DNA of 54,490 bases, the filler included, from Squatina squatina (lineage: Eukaryota): NCBI GenBank assembly GCA_031763465.1. It is 2 parts of 2 records of this genome, joined end to end, with 100 filler letters (N's around TTAATTAATTAA, not from the genome) between each part and the next. Parts side by side here need not be neighbours in the genome. Positions count along the whole stretch, not along the records: positions 1 to 26,602 come from JARFOE010000120.1; 1 more part is not named here. One strand, written 5' to 3'. This document shows, piece after piece, positions 12,621 to 24,243 of this stretch. The position numbers were made by a program, and so were the translations under genes. The notes below the pieces were generated by a model. The model was not told the origin of the DNA. It did no database searches and was given only the letters and a program-made list of their open reading frames with translations. Within the stretch, counting starts at the first letter, position 1. Each line of letters starts with the position of its first letter.

Positions 12621-13086
12621 GACACTGGCACCAGTACTGGGACAGGAAGGAGCTATACCGATGGGATAGGCTGCACCTGAACCGGGATGGGACCAATATC
12701 CGAGCGGAAAGGGTAAATAGGGAGGTGGCAAAGGCTTTAAACTAGTAAGCTGGGGAGGAGCGGTCTACAAGAAATGAAACCAGCCTAAATATAAACAAAA
12801 CAGGAAAGGGGAGCATAGGACAGACTAAGCTAAGGGAGGACATTGATAGCCAGGGAATAAATAGAGTTATAGAACAGGAGTGTAAACAGATGGTTAATAA
12901 TAAAGTGAAAGGAACTGCTATTAAAAATGAGCTAAACTGTCTGTACAACAATGCACACAGTGTCCATAATAAAACAGGGGAACTGGAGGCAATAATACCT
13001 GGCGAGGAACCAGATCTAGTAGGGATTACTGCGACATGGCTACAGAAAAATCAGGACTGGGAATTAAATATTACAGTGCATAAAAT
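12621..13086 (+). mobile_element. CR1 ORF1 (esterase) C-terminus and ORF2 endonuclease start
   Basis: WDRLHLNRDGTNI; LNCLYNNAHSVHNKTGELEA...DLVGITATWL. Confidence 0.85.
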
Positions 13087-13186
13087 NNNNNNNNNNNNNN
13101 NNNNNNNNNNNNNNNNNNNNNNNNNNNNNNNNNNNNNNNNNNNNNNNNNNNNNNNNNNNNNNNNNNNNNNNNNNNNNNNNNNNNNN

Positions 13187-13720
13187 ACTTGCTGTCACCT
13201 GTCAATTTAATTCTCCACTTCATTCCCACTCTGAGCTTTCTGTTTTTGGTCTGTTACACTGTTCCCATGAAACTCAACGCAAGCTCGAGGAACAGCACCT
13301 CATCTTTCGATTAGGCACTTTTACAGCCTTCTGGACTCAACATCGAGTTCAACAGTTTTAGACGTTAAGCACCGCATTTATTCGGACAGCAGCTGTTGAT
13401 AATGGTTCTGCTGTTGCCATTTACACCACCGCTAGTCCCATCTTTTGTTTCTTTTCTTGTCCCATTACCCTCTCCTTTCGTCTCGCGCCATCATCCCTTT
13501 TGTCTCTTAATCTCTCCTGCCTTCCACCCTGTCACAGGCTTTCCCTGTTGTTCTTTCCTCCCCTCCTCTCTTTCCCTGCCTCCGCACTTGCTTAAAACCT
13601 GTTACATCTCGACCTTTTCCATTTCTGACCAAGGGTCATCGACCTGAAACGTTAACCCTGATTCTCTCTCCCCACAGATGTCGCCCGACCTGCTGAGTGT
13701 ATCCATCATTATCTGTGTTT
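13187..13720 (+). mobile_element. Penelope-like element 3' portion
   Basis: RKLEEQHLIFRLG...SGLNIEF followed by pyrimidine-rich tail and tcgacctgaaacgttaac motif. Confidence 0.75.
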
Positions 13721-13994
13721 TGTATTGCAATGGTTGTGGTAATTAGAGCTTTGTTGAATGCAAGACAAAAGCACAGTTGACAAGTCAGATTGCTAACAGC
13801 CTTATCACGAAAGGCCACAGATACAATGAAATTGTACTACCCGCTCCTCTAGGTAGATCTGCAATCCTGCTGCTTTCCAGCGGTTTTCCTTCAAGCCTCT
13901 GTCGTCCATTGTATCTTACTCCCAGGTTATTTCTGCTTTTCCTTCCCGCTGTGTCGCATACCCTCTTTGGTGGTCCTGGTTCAACAACAATGAC

Positions 13995-14445
13995 AACTTC
14001 TTGTACTGTATTCACTGCTCACAAAGTGGTCTCCTCTACATTGGGGAGACCAAACGCAGATTGGGTGACTGCTTTCCAGAACACCTCCGTTCGATCTGTA
14101 AGCATGATCCCAAGCTCCCAGTCGGATGTCACTTCAATTCTCCGTTCCACTCCCACTCTGATCTCTCCGTCCTCGACCTCTTGCACTGTTCCAAGGAAGC
14201 TCAATGTAAGCTCGAGGAACAGCACCTCATCTTTCGCTTTAGACTTTACAGCCTTCCGGACTCAACATCGAGTTCAACAATTACAGACCATAATCTCTGC
14301 CCCTAATTTTTTCTGTTTTTTCTCTTTCTCTTGGCACTCAATGATTTTTCCACTTACACCCGATCTGGACACATCTTTTGTTTAACTCGTCCCATTACCA
14401 TCTCTTTTTTGCCTTGCACCATAACGCCTTTTGCCCTTTATTCTC
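13995..14445 (+). mobile_element. Penelope-like GIY-YIG endonuclease fragment
   Basis: YCIHCSQSGLLYIGETKRRLGDCFPEHLRSI...HFNS...LEEQHLIFR. Confidence 0.88.
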
Positions 14446-15160
14446 TGAGAATCATAGAAATCGACAGCACGGAATGAGGTCATTCGGCCCATTGTGTCCG
14501 CACTAGCCGACAAAGAGCTACCCAGCTGAATCCCTCTTTCCAGCTCTTGTTCGTAGCCCTGTAGGTTACGGCACTTCAAGTGCACATCCAAGTACTTGTT
14601 AAATGTTATGAGGGTTTCTGCCTCGACCACCCTTTCAGGCAGCGAGTTCCAGATCCCCGCCATGCTCTGCGTGAAAAAAATTCCCCTCGAATCCCCTCTA
14701 AACCTCTTACCTCTTACCCTAAATCTCTGCCCCCTGATTATTGACCCCTTGGCCGAAGGGAATAGGACATTCCTATCTACCCTATCTAGACCCTTCATAA
14801 TTATATACATCTCATTTAGGTCTCCCCTCGCCCTCCTCTGTTCCAAAGAAAACAACTCCAGCCTATCCAATCTTTCCTCATAACAATTCTCCAGTCGTCG
14901 TAAATCTCTTCCATACCCTCTCTGGTGGCATTACATCATTCCTATAGTGCGGTGACCAGAACTGCACGCAGTACTCCAGCTGTGGCCTAACTAGTGTTTT
15001 ATACAGTTCCAGCATAATCTCCCTGCTCTTAAATTCTATGTTTCTCCAAATAAAGGTTATATCATATGGCTTCTGAACCATCTTATCTACCTGTCCTGCT
15101 ATCTTCAGGGATCTGTGGCCATGCACTCCAAGGTCCCTCTGCTCCTCTACACTTCTCAAC
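14446..15160 (-). mobile_element. CR1 LINE 3' end
   Basis: LYKTLVRPQLEYCVQFWSP; LELFSLEQRR...FFTQ...WNSLP; 3' UTR with ttctatgattct tail. Confidence 0.95.
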
Positions 15161-15369
15161 TATAATATCATACTCCCATGTGTCAAACTGTGCTCTCAGC
15201 TCATCTGCCTTCTTCCCTGGACTTCTTGATTTTAAGTAAATACCATTTAGTGCCGCCAAACTCCCTTGTGGTCTATTTTCTAGCCTTTAATTCCTCTGCC
15301 TTCTAAACTTGCTTAATAACGTTCTGCCTTCCATTCCAACTTTTCTTCGCTCCCTTCTGAATCTACTCC

Positions 15370-16330
15370 CGAGTTCCCACCCCCTGCCAAGCTAGTTTAA
15401 AATCTCCCAAACAGCACAAGCAAAACCCCTTGCGAGGACATTGACACCTGTTGAGGTGCAACCCGTCCGTCTTCTACAAGTCCCACCACATCCAGAAACG
15501 GTCCCAATGCCTCAGAAATCTAAAGCCGTCCCTCCTGCACATCTTTCCGTCCATGTATTCATCAGCTCTATCTTCCTATTTCTGTACTCACTAGCATGTG
15601 GCACTGGGAGTAATCCTGAGATTATTACCTTTGCGGTCCTGCTCTTCCATCTCTCTCCTCACTCCCTAAACTCTGTCTGCAGGACCTCATCCCTCTTTCT
15701 GTCTACCTTATTGGTGCTGATATGGACCATCACCTCTGGCTTCCCCCTTCCCCCTCAGAATGTCCTGCAGCCGTTCAATTACATCCTTGACCCTGGCTCC
15801 AGGGAGGCAACGTACCATCCTGGAGTCACGTCTGTGGCCGCAGAAAAGCATCTCTGTTGCACTCACTATCGAAAACCCTACCACTATTGCTCTTCCGCTC
15901 CTCTTTCTCCCCGTGCAGCTGAGCCACCCATGGCGCTGGGTACTTGGCTCTGGCTGCACTCCCCAGAGGAGCCCTGACTCTCACCAGTATCCAGAGTCGA
16001 AAACCAGTTAGCGAGCAAGATGCACTCGGGACTCCTGCACCACCTACCTGGCCCTCCCTGTCTGTATCGCAGTCACCCATTGCTTCTCTGTCTGTACATT
16101 CTTAAGCTGTGGGGTGACCACATCCAGAAATGTTCTTTCCATGAAGTTCTCAGCCTCGCAGATGCACTATAGTAACTCCAGCTGCCGCACAAGCTCAGAA
16201 GTCCGGCGCTCAAACTGCTCCAGCTGGCTACACTTCCCGCACATGTGGTCGTCCAGGCCACAAGAAGCATCCAGGATTTCCCACATGACACAGGTCGTGC
16301 ATTCCAGTGTTGAACTGCCCGACCATGCTT
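15370..16330 (-). mobile_element. CR1 LINE ORF1 (Cys motif, coiled coil, SGNH esterase), degenerate
   Basis: ECTTCVMWE...HMCGKCSQLEQFERR; RAIVVGFSIV...RDSRMVRCLPGARVKDV. Confidence 0.85.
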
Positions 16331-16369
16331 TTACCTTTGAGACTATTAGTGGTCTTCCTGCTCCTGATC

Positions 16370-17347
16370 TTAAAGGCTCTGGGCTGATAAGCCACTTGCT
16401 GTTAACCCACAACAGGCATGAGGGGCTGAATGGCCTCCTCCCCTTCCAATGTTATAGGCTCGAGGGACTGAGTGGTCTTTCCTGTTCTTGTTTAACAAGC
16501 TCAAGTGGATGAATAGCCTTCTCCCGTTCTTATATAACATGCTTGAGGGGCTCGATAGCCTCCTCCTGTTACTAATGTTAATGGCGCTGGAATAAATGCC
16601 CTCCTGCTGTTCTTAATGCAATAAAAACGAGGGGTTTAATGGCTTCCTCCTGTTCCTACAACACAAGATCGTGTTGTCGAATGGCCTCCCGCTGTTCTTA
16701 TGTAACAGGCTCCAGGGGTTGAATAACCTCCTCTAATCCTGTGTAACAGGCTTAAGGGGCTGAATGGCTTCCCCCACATACTCGAGAGGCTGTATGGCCT
16801 TTTCCTCTTCCTGTATAACAGGCCCGAGGGGCTGAATGGCCTTCCCTTATTCCAACGTCACAAGCGCGAAGTGCTGAATGGCTTGCTTGTGTTCCTAACT
16901 TAACATGCTTGTGGGACTGAATGGACTCCTCCTATTCCTGCATAACAAGTCCAAGGTGGTGGAATGGCCTCCTCCTGCTCCTAATGTAACAAGCTAAAGG
17001 AGCTTAATGGCCTCCTCCTGATCCAACGTTGCAAGCTCGAAGGGCTGAATGGCCTCCTCCTTTTCCTATGCAACAGCCTCGACGTGGCAAAATGTTCCAA
17101 TGTAACAAGCTCGAGGGGATAAATAGCCTCCTCCAGCTCTGATATAACATGCTTGAGAGTCAGAATGGCCTCTTCCTGTTCCCATGTCACAGGTGTTCAA
17201 AGGGCTGAATGACCTGCTCATGTTCCGAATTTAATGTGCCTGAGGTTTTGAATGGCCCCCTCCTGTTCCAATGGTACAGACTAGTGTCGCAGCATGACCT
17301 CATCCTGTTCCTATGTAACAAGCTCGAAGGGCTGAATGGCCTCCTCC
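16370..17347. repeat. Degenerate ~42-bp tandem array (about 23 copies) derived from the CR1 3' tail
   Basis: Consensus ~aacaggctcgaggggctgaatggcctcctcctgttcctatgt, core recurring at 16420, 16462, 16503, 16545 and onward. Confidence 0.9.
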
Positions 17348-17354
17348 TCTTAAA

Positions 17355-17490
17355 AGTCATAACAGCATTGGAGGAGGCCATTCGGCCCATCGAGTCCATG
17401 CCGGCTCTCTTTTGAGCAATCTAGTCAGTCCCACTGCCCCGCTCTATCCCTGTGGCCCTGCAAGTTGATTTCCCTCATGTGCCTATCCAA
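17355..17490 (-). mobile_element. CR1 LINE 3' UTR/tail
   Basis: Similar to 14446-14600 (ggccattcggcccat...gccctg). Confidence 0.8.
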
Positions 17491-17590
17491 NNNNNNNNNN
17501 NNNNNNNNNNNNNNNNNNNNNNNNNNNNNNNNNNNNNNNNNNNNNNNNNNNNNNNNNNNNNNNNNNNNNNNNNNNNNNNNNNNNNNNNNN

Positions 17591-17926
17591 CACCAGTATC
17601 CAGAAATGAAAACCGGTTAGCGAGTGAGATGCACTCGGGGGACTCCTCCACTACCTGCCTGCTCCTCCGTCTGTCTGGCAGTCACCCATTTCCTCTCTGC
17701 CTGCACACTCGAGCTGTGGGGTGACCACGTCCAGAAACATGCTATCGCGATGTTCAGATGCACCGCAGTTGCTCCAGCCGCTGCTCAAGCTCCAAGACCT
17801 GGCACTCTAGCTGGCAACACTTCCTGCACATGTGGTCGTCCAGGCCAGGAGAAGCATCCAGGATTTCCCACATGGCACAGGTAGTGCATTCCACAGGGCT
17901 GAGCTGCCCTGCNNNNNNNNNNGCCA
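17591..17926 (-). mobile_element. Second CR1 ORF1 5' fragment
   Basis: Aligns with 15983-16327 (caccagtatccaga...ccaggatttcccacatg). Confidence 0.85.
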
Positions 17927-18306
17927 TATCTTTTCTACTATTAGTCTAGAAAGTATCGCTTACTGCTGCTCACCACTCAGCCCCATCTTGTGCCGACGTC
18001 ACTTTTTAACTCTGACTTCACTCTTTCTGATTTTGCCTGTGTGCATTCAGTTGCTGATCCTGCTCTTGCCTTGGGCCGTGTAAAGCCAAGAATGCGTTAT
18101 GGTTTCACTACAAATAACTTTGGCCGGAATTTTCTTTACCTGGGCAGGTCGGGTGAGGGTGCCCGACCCCGCAGTTACTTCCATCCCGCTCCTGAAATGG
18201 ACTTTNNNNNNNNNNNNNNNNNNNNNNNNNNNNNNNNNNNNNNNNNNNNNNNNNNNNNNNNNNNNNNNNNNNNNNNNNNNNNNNNNNNNNNNNNNNNNNN
18301 NNNNNC

Positions 18307-18430
18307 CCGGGAGTGAAGTGTGAGAGTCTCTGGATATCCGGGAGTGAAGTGTGAGAGTCTCTGGATATCCGGGAGTGAAGTGTGAGAGTCTGTAGATATC
18401 CGGGAGTGAAGTGTGAGAGTCTCTGGATAT
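18307..18430. repeat. 31-bp minisatellite, 4 copies, truncated by gap
   Basis: ccgggagtgaagtgtgagagtctctggatat x4, one copy with 2 substitutions. Confidence 0.97.
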
Positions 18431-19897
18431 CTAGGTGCGAGATTTGCTCGCATGTTTGCCCCTTCTTTCACCAGCTTTTGACTTTTTGGAACTAACTTTT
18501 TTCAGCTCTGCCTTGCTCTGAGCTTCTAAAAAGCTCTCCTGGTCGGGGTAGACCTCACTGTCATCGGGATGGTCATCATCGCTTGCTCTCTGGCTTCTCG
18601 ATTTGCGTCTGCTGCTCTTCGATTCCATTTTCGGTTCCTGTTTGTTGTCCTGTTCAGGTTCTGTTTTGGTGTGATGTTGGGACTTCTCGTGCTTTGACAC
18701 CGTCGTATGGTCAGTCTTCTGGTCAGCTTTCGGCCCACCTTTAGATTGCTGCTTTGCGTCCTCAGATTTTGCGTGAGGTGAGGCTGTGCTCTTGGGTGCG
18801 GATTTCCCCTCGGGCCTGGCCTCCTCTTTGTGCTCAGCCTGTGCCTCCTGCTTGCCATCTGCCTTGTCCCGTTTCATGTTCATCCATTCATGCTTTGCCT
18901 CATGTTTCATGTCCACCCATTCATGGCCCGCTTCCATCTCCCACTGGTACTTCGGGTCACGTTTGTGCTCACTCTTTCCTTCATGTTTCNNNNNNNNNNN
19001 NNNNNNNNNNNNNNNNNNNNNNNNNNNNNNNNNNNNNNNNNNNNNNNNNNNNNNNNNNNNNNNNNNNNNNNNNNNNNNNNNNNNNNNNNNNNNNNNNNNN
19101 NNNNNNNNNNNNNNNNNNNNNNNNNNNNNNNNNNNNNNNNNNNNNNNNNNNNNNNNNNNNNNNNNNNNNNNNNNNNNNNNNNNNNNNNNNNNNNNNNNNN
19201 NNNNNNNNNNNNNNNNNNNNNNNNNNNNNNNNNNNNNNNNNNNNNNNNNNNNNNNNNNNNNNNNNNNNNNNNNNNNNNNNNNNNNNNNNNNNNNNNNNNN
19301 NNNNNNNNNNNNNNNNNNNNNNNNNNNNNNNNNNNNNNNNNNNNNNNNNNNNNNNNNNNNNNNNNNNNNNNNNNNNGTTTTACTGAGCAAGGGTCTCCCC
19401 TGATCGTCTGTGCTGCACCGTTTGGCGAAACCAAAATCGGAGAGTTTGACATTGAAGTCCTTATCCAGGAGAAGATTCTCGCACTTGAGATCTCGATGGA
19501 CCACTTCCAGCTCATGACAGTGCTTGACGGCCAGTGCCAGCTGACGAAACATCTTGCGTGACACCTCTTCAGGCAGGGCTCCCCTGGTTTTAATGAACTC
19601 CAGTAAATCTCCCTGAACACCCAGCTCCATAATAATGTAAACTTTTCCATCAGAAGTCTCAAAAATCTCAAAGGTTTTGACAATATAGCGGTGATTTAGC
19701 ATAGCCAAGATCTCCAGTTCCCGAGGCAGAAACTTCTCCAGGAAATCAGCAGGGGCCTTCCTCCTGTCGATGATTTTAACGGCCACATTAGTCTTCAGAC
19801 GGTCAGAGTAGGCGGACTTGACTTTGGCATACGACCCCTCCCCCAGGTTGACGCCCAAGGTGTAGCCCCGTTTTTTCAGGACCACCCCATCATCCAT
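18431..19897 (-). CDS. TSSK1: Testis-specific serine/threonine kinase, TSSK1/TSSK2-like, apparently intronless (387-N gap inside)
   Basis: [31 protein letters not shown]...[17 protein letters not shown]...[24 protein letters not shown]; frame kept across gap; divergent from DGCR2. TSSK1 vs TSSK2 not resolvable. Confidence 0.9.
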   Translation of the reverse strand: MDDGVVLKKRGYTLGVNLGEGSYAKVKSAYSDRLKTNVAVKIIDRRKAPADFLEKFLPRELEILAMLNHRYIVKTFEIFETSDGKVYIIMELGVQGDLLEFIKTRGALPEEVSRKMFRQLALAVKHCHELEVVHRDLKCENLLLDKDFNVKLSDFGFAKRCSTDDQGRPLLSKXXXXXXXXXXXXXXXXXXXXXXXXXXXXXXXXXXXXXXXXXXXXXXXXXXXXXXXXXXXXXXXXXXXXXXXXXXXXXXXXXXXXXXXXXXXXXXXXXXXXXXXXXXXXXXXXXXXXXXXXXXXXXXXXXXKHEGKSEHKRDPKYQWEMEAGHEWVDMKHEAKHEWMNMKRDKADGKQEAQAEHKEEARPEGKSAPKSTASPHAKSEDAKQQSKGGPKADQKTDHTTVSKHEKSQHHTKTEPEQDNKQEPKMESKSSRRKSRSQRASDDDHPDDSEVYPDQESFLEAQSKAELKKVSSKKSKAGERRGKHASKSRT

Positions 19898-21257
19898 GGT
19901 GCTGTGACATCAAGACGTGCACGCACTCCCTACCTCTTACCTGCTGACAAACGCCATGGAGACGGAGGATCAGAGGCACTTCCGTACTACACATAAAAGT
20001 TCTGTGTTCCTTCTCAGTCTCTAAAGAGACTTGTTTTTACAAACAGTAACTTTAACAAGTCACTGTCTTGGAGCTGGCAACTGTGGTTGTGATGAGTGCA
20101 AAGGAATGTTTGTGTGTTATGACATAAAGGCAATGGCACACTGGTCATAATGTGACTATAGGGAGAGAATGCTGCTGTAGAATTGTCATCACCGTCCCCT
20201 CTGCAGCTGAAGGCAGCTTGTATTCACATTGCCTTTTTCATCCCATCCCTTGTAGCCCAGTTTACCACCGTGACTTAAAAGGTTGTGCCCTGACCCCATA
20301 TTGCTGCATATGAATGGTTTATTTCCGTGTTTGCACTGAGTGATGAGAAATATTCAATACTAATTTTTGAACTAGAAGTAAATTCAATGAGTGAGGATAC
20401 AACAACCAGCTCCTTTGTAAGATGTGGGGAATTACGCTCGATCCATCCAGTAGTTTATAAAGTTCGGACCGTAGAACAGACAACTTGAGACAAAGATTTC
20501 TGGATAAATTTCTTTTACTTAAAAATCAACAAGATTACAGATAAGAATCCGATGGTAATGCCCGATTCGTGATTCCCCTATTACATGTATGCCTAGATCC
20601 ATCCCCTTACCTTAATCTTTATCAATTACAAGCACAACCTTGCACAAAACTAACTCCAGCAGTCCAACTCAATGTCTAGCCGTGGCTCTTCTGTGACAGA
20701 CCAAGTCGCCTTCCTGACCAGCAGTAAAGCAATGTGCTTTTCGTAACAACTTTATACCTTAAAAAGTGGGTTGTCCTTCTTGCAAACATGTCTTAGCATT
20801 TGCTCAATCGCCACCAATAAGCATTTGTTCCAGGCCATCCTTTCTCGGAATGTGTGGTGATGGCTGCCACTGGGTCTTTGTTCATCTCTTCCTTATCAAT
20901 CATTCTGACAGTTGATCAGAGGGCCTCAAATCAGAGCCATGATGTCTGCAAAAACTGGTCTTCCCCCAGTCTGTCCTCATAAAATCTCCCAAGCTGTAAA
21001 CACTGGCCTCTTATCCTGCGAAGAAAGCCCCACTCAGCCAATGCCTCACAACCGACCTGCTCAACAAATCGGAGCCACAGACTGTTCACAGTGCCTGGTC
21101 TGTCCTCAAATCTACCATAATCAGCNNNNNNNNNNNNNNNNNNNNNNNNNNNNNNNNNNNNNNNNNNNNNNNNNNNNNNNNNNNNNNNNNNNNNNNNNNN
21201 NNNNNNNNNNNNNNNNNNNNNNNNNAACCTGTGTCTAAACATGTGCTTCTGTTCTAG

Positions 21258-21461
21258 GTCAAACCTGCGTGGATATAAAAGATAACGTGGTGGACGAGGG
21301 CAAGTACTTCACTCCAAAGGGCAATGACCCGTGCTTGAGCTGCACCTGCCACAACGGTGAGCCTGAAATGTGTGTGGCAGCTCTGTGTGAGCGGCCTCAG
21401 GGCTGTCAGCACTACGAAAAGGACCCGAAAGAATGCTGCAAATTCACCTGCCTCGACCCAG
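21258..21461 (+). CDS. DGCR2: DGCR2 exon, VWC domain (204 nt)
   Basis: [67 protein letters not shown]; AG/GT flanks. Confidence 0.96.
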
Positions 21462-21764
21462 GTAAAGCAGGTCAGGGCCAGCACTGTCCTGTCCCGCGCT
21501 CCATCGTTCAAACTTGTAGATATGATTGGTGAGTGAATGCAGTAGGGGAGCACTGACTGGGTGTTTAAGGCCGGAAGGTTGGTGGAGGAGAGAGGGAGGT
21601 GAGGATCTCCATATTCCCTGGGCACTGGGGTGGGTCACAATGGGATGTAAATTCCCAGGCGGGTAAGCTGTGTGGCAGAATCTATTCATAAACTGGAAGC
21701 AGCAAATGTGTTCGAGGAGTCCGTGGGACCCTAATCTGAGGCGTCTGGCAGCAACTAAATCAGG

Positions 21765-21928
21765 TGTCAGCTGTGGGTCTGGTTCGCATGCTCGTTGTCA
21801 CAATCCCATGGCACTATTACGAAGAAGAGCAGGGGAGTTCTCCCCGGTATCCTGGCTGATATTTATCCCTCAACCCACATCAGTAAAACAGATTATCTGA
21901 TCGTCGTCATACTGCTGATTGTGGGAGC
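21765..21928 (+). mobile_element. Deu-domain SINE fragment
   Basis: tcctggctgatatttatccctcaacc...aaaacagattatctg...tgtgggagc resembles the Deu domain. Confidence 0.75.
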
Positions 21929-22399
21929 NNNNNNNNNNNNNNNNNNNNNNNNNNNNNNNNNNNNNNNNNNNNNNNNNNNNNNNNNNNNNNNNNNNNNNNN
22001 NNNNNNNNNNNNNNNNNNNNNNNNNNNNCGTACTCCAGATCACTCTCAGGCCTGGAATGATTGCTGATGTTTGTCCTTATGCAATGAGGAGCCAGAACAT
22101 AATCACAAGAGCCACAAAGAGGAAAAGGCGAGACAGGAACTGTTCATCCATGTACTGCGGTGTTCCAGGGACTGCTGCAGGGTGAAAGGCCACAAAGAAA
22201 GTCAGACCCCAGCAACTGGAGACAGTTACACATTTAGTTTGAAGAGCCTTCCCTCTCTTCCTGCAGTTTCTCCCCTTGTCTCCTATTGTGGGCTATGATT
22301 CCAGGGGCATTTGTCACCTCTAGTTCCTGCCCTTCCCATTCAATGTGAGCTTAAATGGTGAAATCATTTGTAGATACCCTGGACTAAACTGGTCAGAGG

Positions 22400-22960
22400 G
22401 GTCCTTGGAACTGCCGATAGTTTTCTTTCTATCTTTTGTAGGTATCCATGGGAACAGTTAGTCCTGATGGCAGCTATAAGCCATGGAGAGAAGGAGCGTA
22501 TGGCATAGTGTGACACTGCATTGAGATTCGCACAAATAAAACTGAATTGGCAAACCTTGAGAAAAGCAGGTGCAGTGCCCCCCATCTTCTGGAAGGGTCT
22601 GAAAATGGGCTTGTAGTCATGTGTACACATGAAGCTTTGATAATATAATCTAAACTGATGAATCCAAATCCAGACATCATTGACACTGGGTTGTAAACTT
22701 CAGCGGGACCCTTGAGGAGGCGATAGGGTGAAGTGGTTAAGGAATTGTCTATTTGTTGGGATTCTGATCCCAGTGTTCTGACAATAATCGGAGAAGGCCG
22801 CCAGCACCTGCCAGGGTGCATCAGCAACCCTCGACCTGATCTTCCCTTGAGACGCAGTGACCCACAGCCATTCCACTGAGGTTCCCATGGCCCTTCCAAG
22901 GCCAAAATAAAATTGCACGGCGGAAGTCTTCAACTCCGAAGGGTGATCCATGGCCATTCC
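22400..22960 (-). mobile_element. Possible Harbinger transposase C-terminal relic
   Basis: KPIFRPFQKMGGTAP resembles a decayed KxRFRCLDxSGG motif. Confidence 0.35.
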
Positions 22961-23679
22961 CTTTTAAAGGTCTGGGGCCTTTCCTCAGGCCTCAGCAGAA
23001 CTCACATCAGCTGGGGAAACTCCTGCTGTGGGCTATTAAGTGAGTAAAAAGGACAGAACCGCTCCGGCTGGCATTGAGATCACATACAAACCTCTTTTTG
23101 ATATGGGGAAAATTCACACTTGGCGCTCTCCACCAGAAAATGGCAGGATTAAAAACACAGGGNNNNNNNNNNNNNNNNNNNNNNNNNNNNNNNNNNNNNN
23201 NNNNNNNNNNNNNNNNNNNNNNNNNNNNNNNNNNNNNNNNNNNNNNNNNNNNNNNNNNNNNNTTTGACACTGCTGGTGGGCTGTCTCCCCCTCCCACCTG
23301 TGGATTGTTTCCTAGCCTGTGTCCAGCACCTTCCCACAGCTGTGAGACTGAGTTAGAGACCAGCTGGCATGAGCGAACTGGTTTCCTTTCATTGCGTAGC
23401 ACCACTTGTGTTGTTCCAGATTTTGCTGCTTTTTATAAATTGAAAAAAGCTTCTGTTCTGAAGCATTTCATTGCTTCTGATATCTTGCAGAAGGATTTGA
23501 CTATAATGAAGATGAGAGCTATGAATGCAAGGGTGGAGAGGTGTTTGGGAGCCAGCGCCGATTGCCTCTGCAGTTTTTCTGGGATTTTAAGGTAATATTT
23601 GAATATTGATATAAATGAACATATACACTTAGATATTGGAATAATACCATAAGTCATGGTGTTTGAACATGTTTTACAG

Positions 23680-23763
23680 ATAAATTTGTTGGGTGAGAAA
23701 GATGATACTCCCATTCATTTCTGTGATAAATGTGGTTTGCCAATCAAGATATATGGACGCATG
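23680..23763 (+). CDS. CBLL1: CBLL1/Hakai exon (84 nt)
   Basis: INLLGEKDDTPIHFCDKCGLPIKIYGRM; AG and GTGAGT flanks. Confidence 0.95.
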
Positions 23764-24028
23764 GTGAGTGATGTCATCGCAATATTCTCCGCTAGGAATT
23801 TGGTAGATTCTCATGAGTTATAATGTGGCTTTGTCTGCTTCCTGATTTCTCCCTATTTGGTAGTTGAAGAGTTACATGAAAACTAGTAGCAGAAATTGTA
23901 ATTTTGTTGAAAAGTGTGAATACTACAGCTGAGAATGTCTTTGCTGTAAATTTAGCATTTTTGTGTGATGCACACAAGAAATGTGAATTTAATTTTTTGT
24001 TGCCTCATAATTGTGCATTTCTTCACAG

Positions 24029-24102
24029 ATTCCATGTAAACATGTGTTCTGTTTCAACTGTGCAAGTTTGCAAGAGAAAAAGGGTGACAAGATGTGTCCC
24101 GG
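24029..24102 (+). CDS. CBLL1: CBLL1/Hakai exon, RING (74 nt)
   Basis: IPCKHVFCFNCASLQEKKGDKMCP; AG and GTAAG flanks. Confidence 0.95.
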
Positions 24103-24243
24103 GTAAGATGTGTTCTTTTATTTCGTTAGTAACTAGAATTTACNNNNNNNNNNNNNNNNNNNNNNNNNNNNNNNNNNNNNNNNNNNNNNNNNNNNNNNNN
24201 NNNNNNNNNNNNNNNNNNNNNNNNNNNNNNNNNNNNNNNNNNN

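Noticed and set aside
13777-14385. 202-aa ORF
   Set aside because: Off-frame reading of a Penelope GIY-YIG relic; no domain features
16370-17347. CRISPR-like periodic array
   Set aside because: Units are contiguous and degenerate, with no unique spacers and no cas genes; the context is vertebrate and the unit matches a LINE tail
20418-21125. Possible solo LTR upstream of TSSK
   Set aside because: Only a TG start and AT-rich motifs; no second terminus or target-site duplication visible
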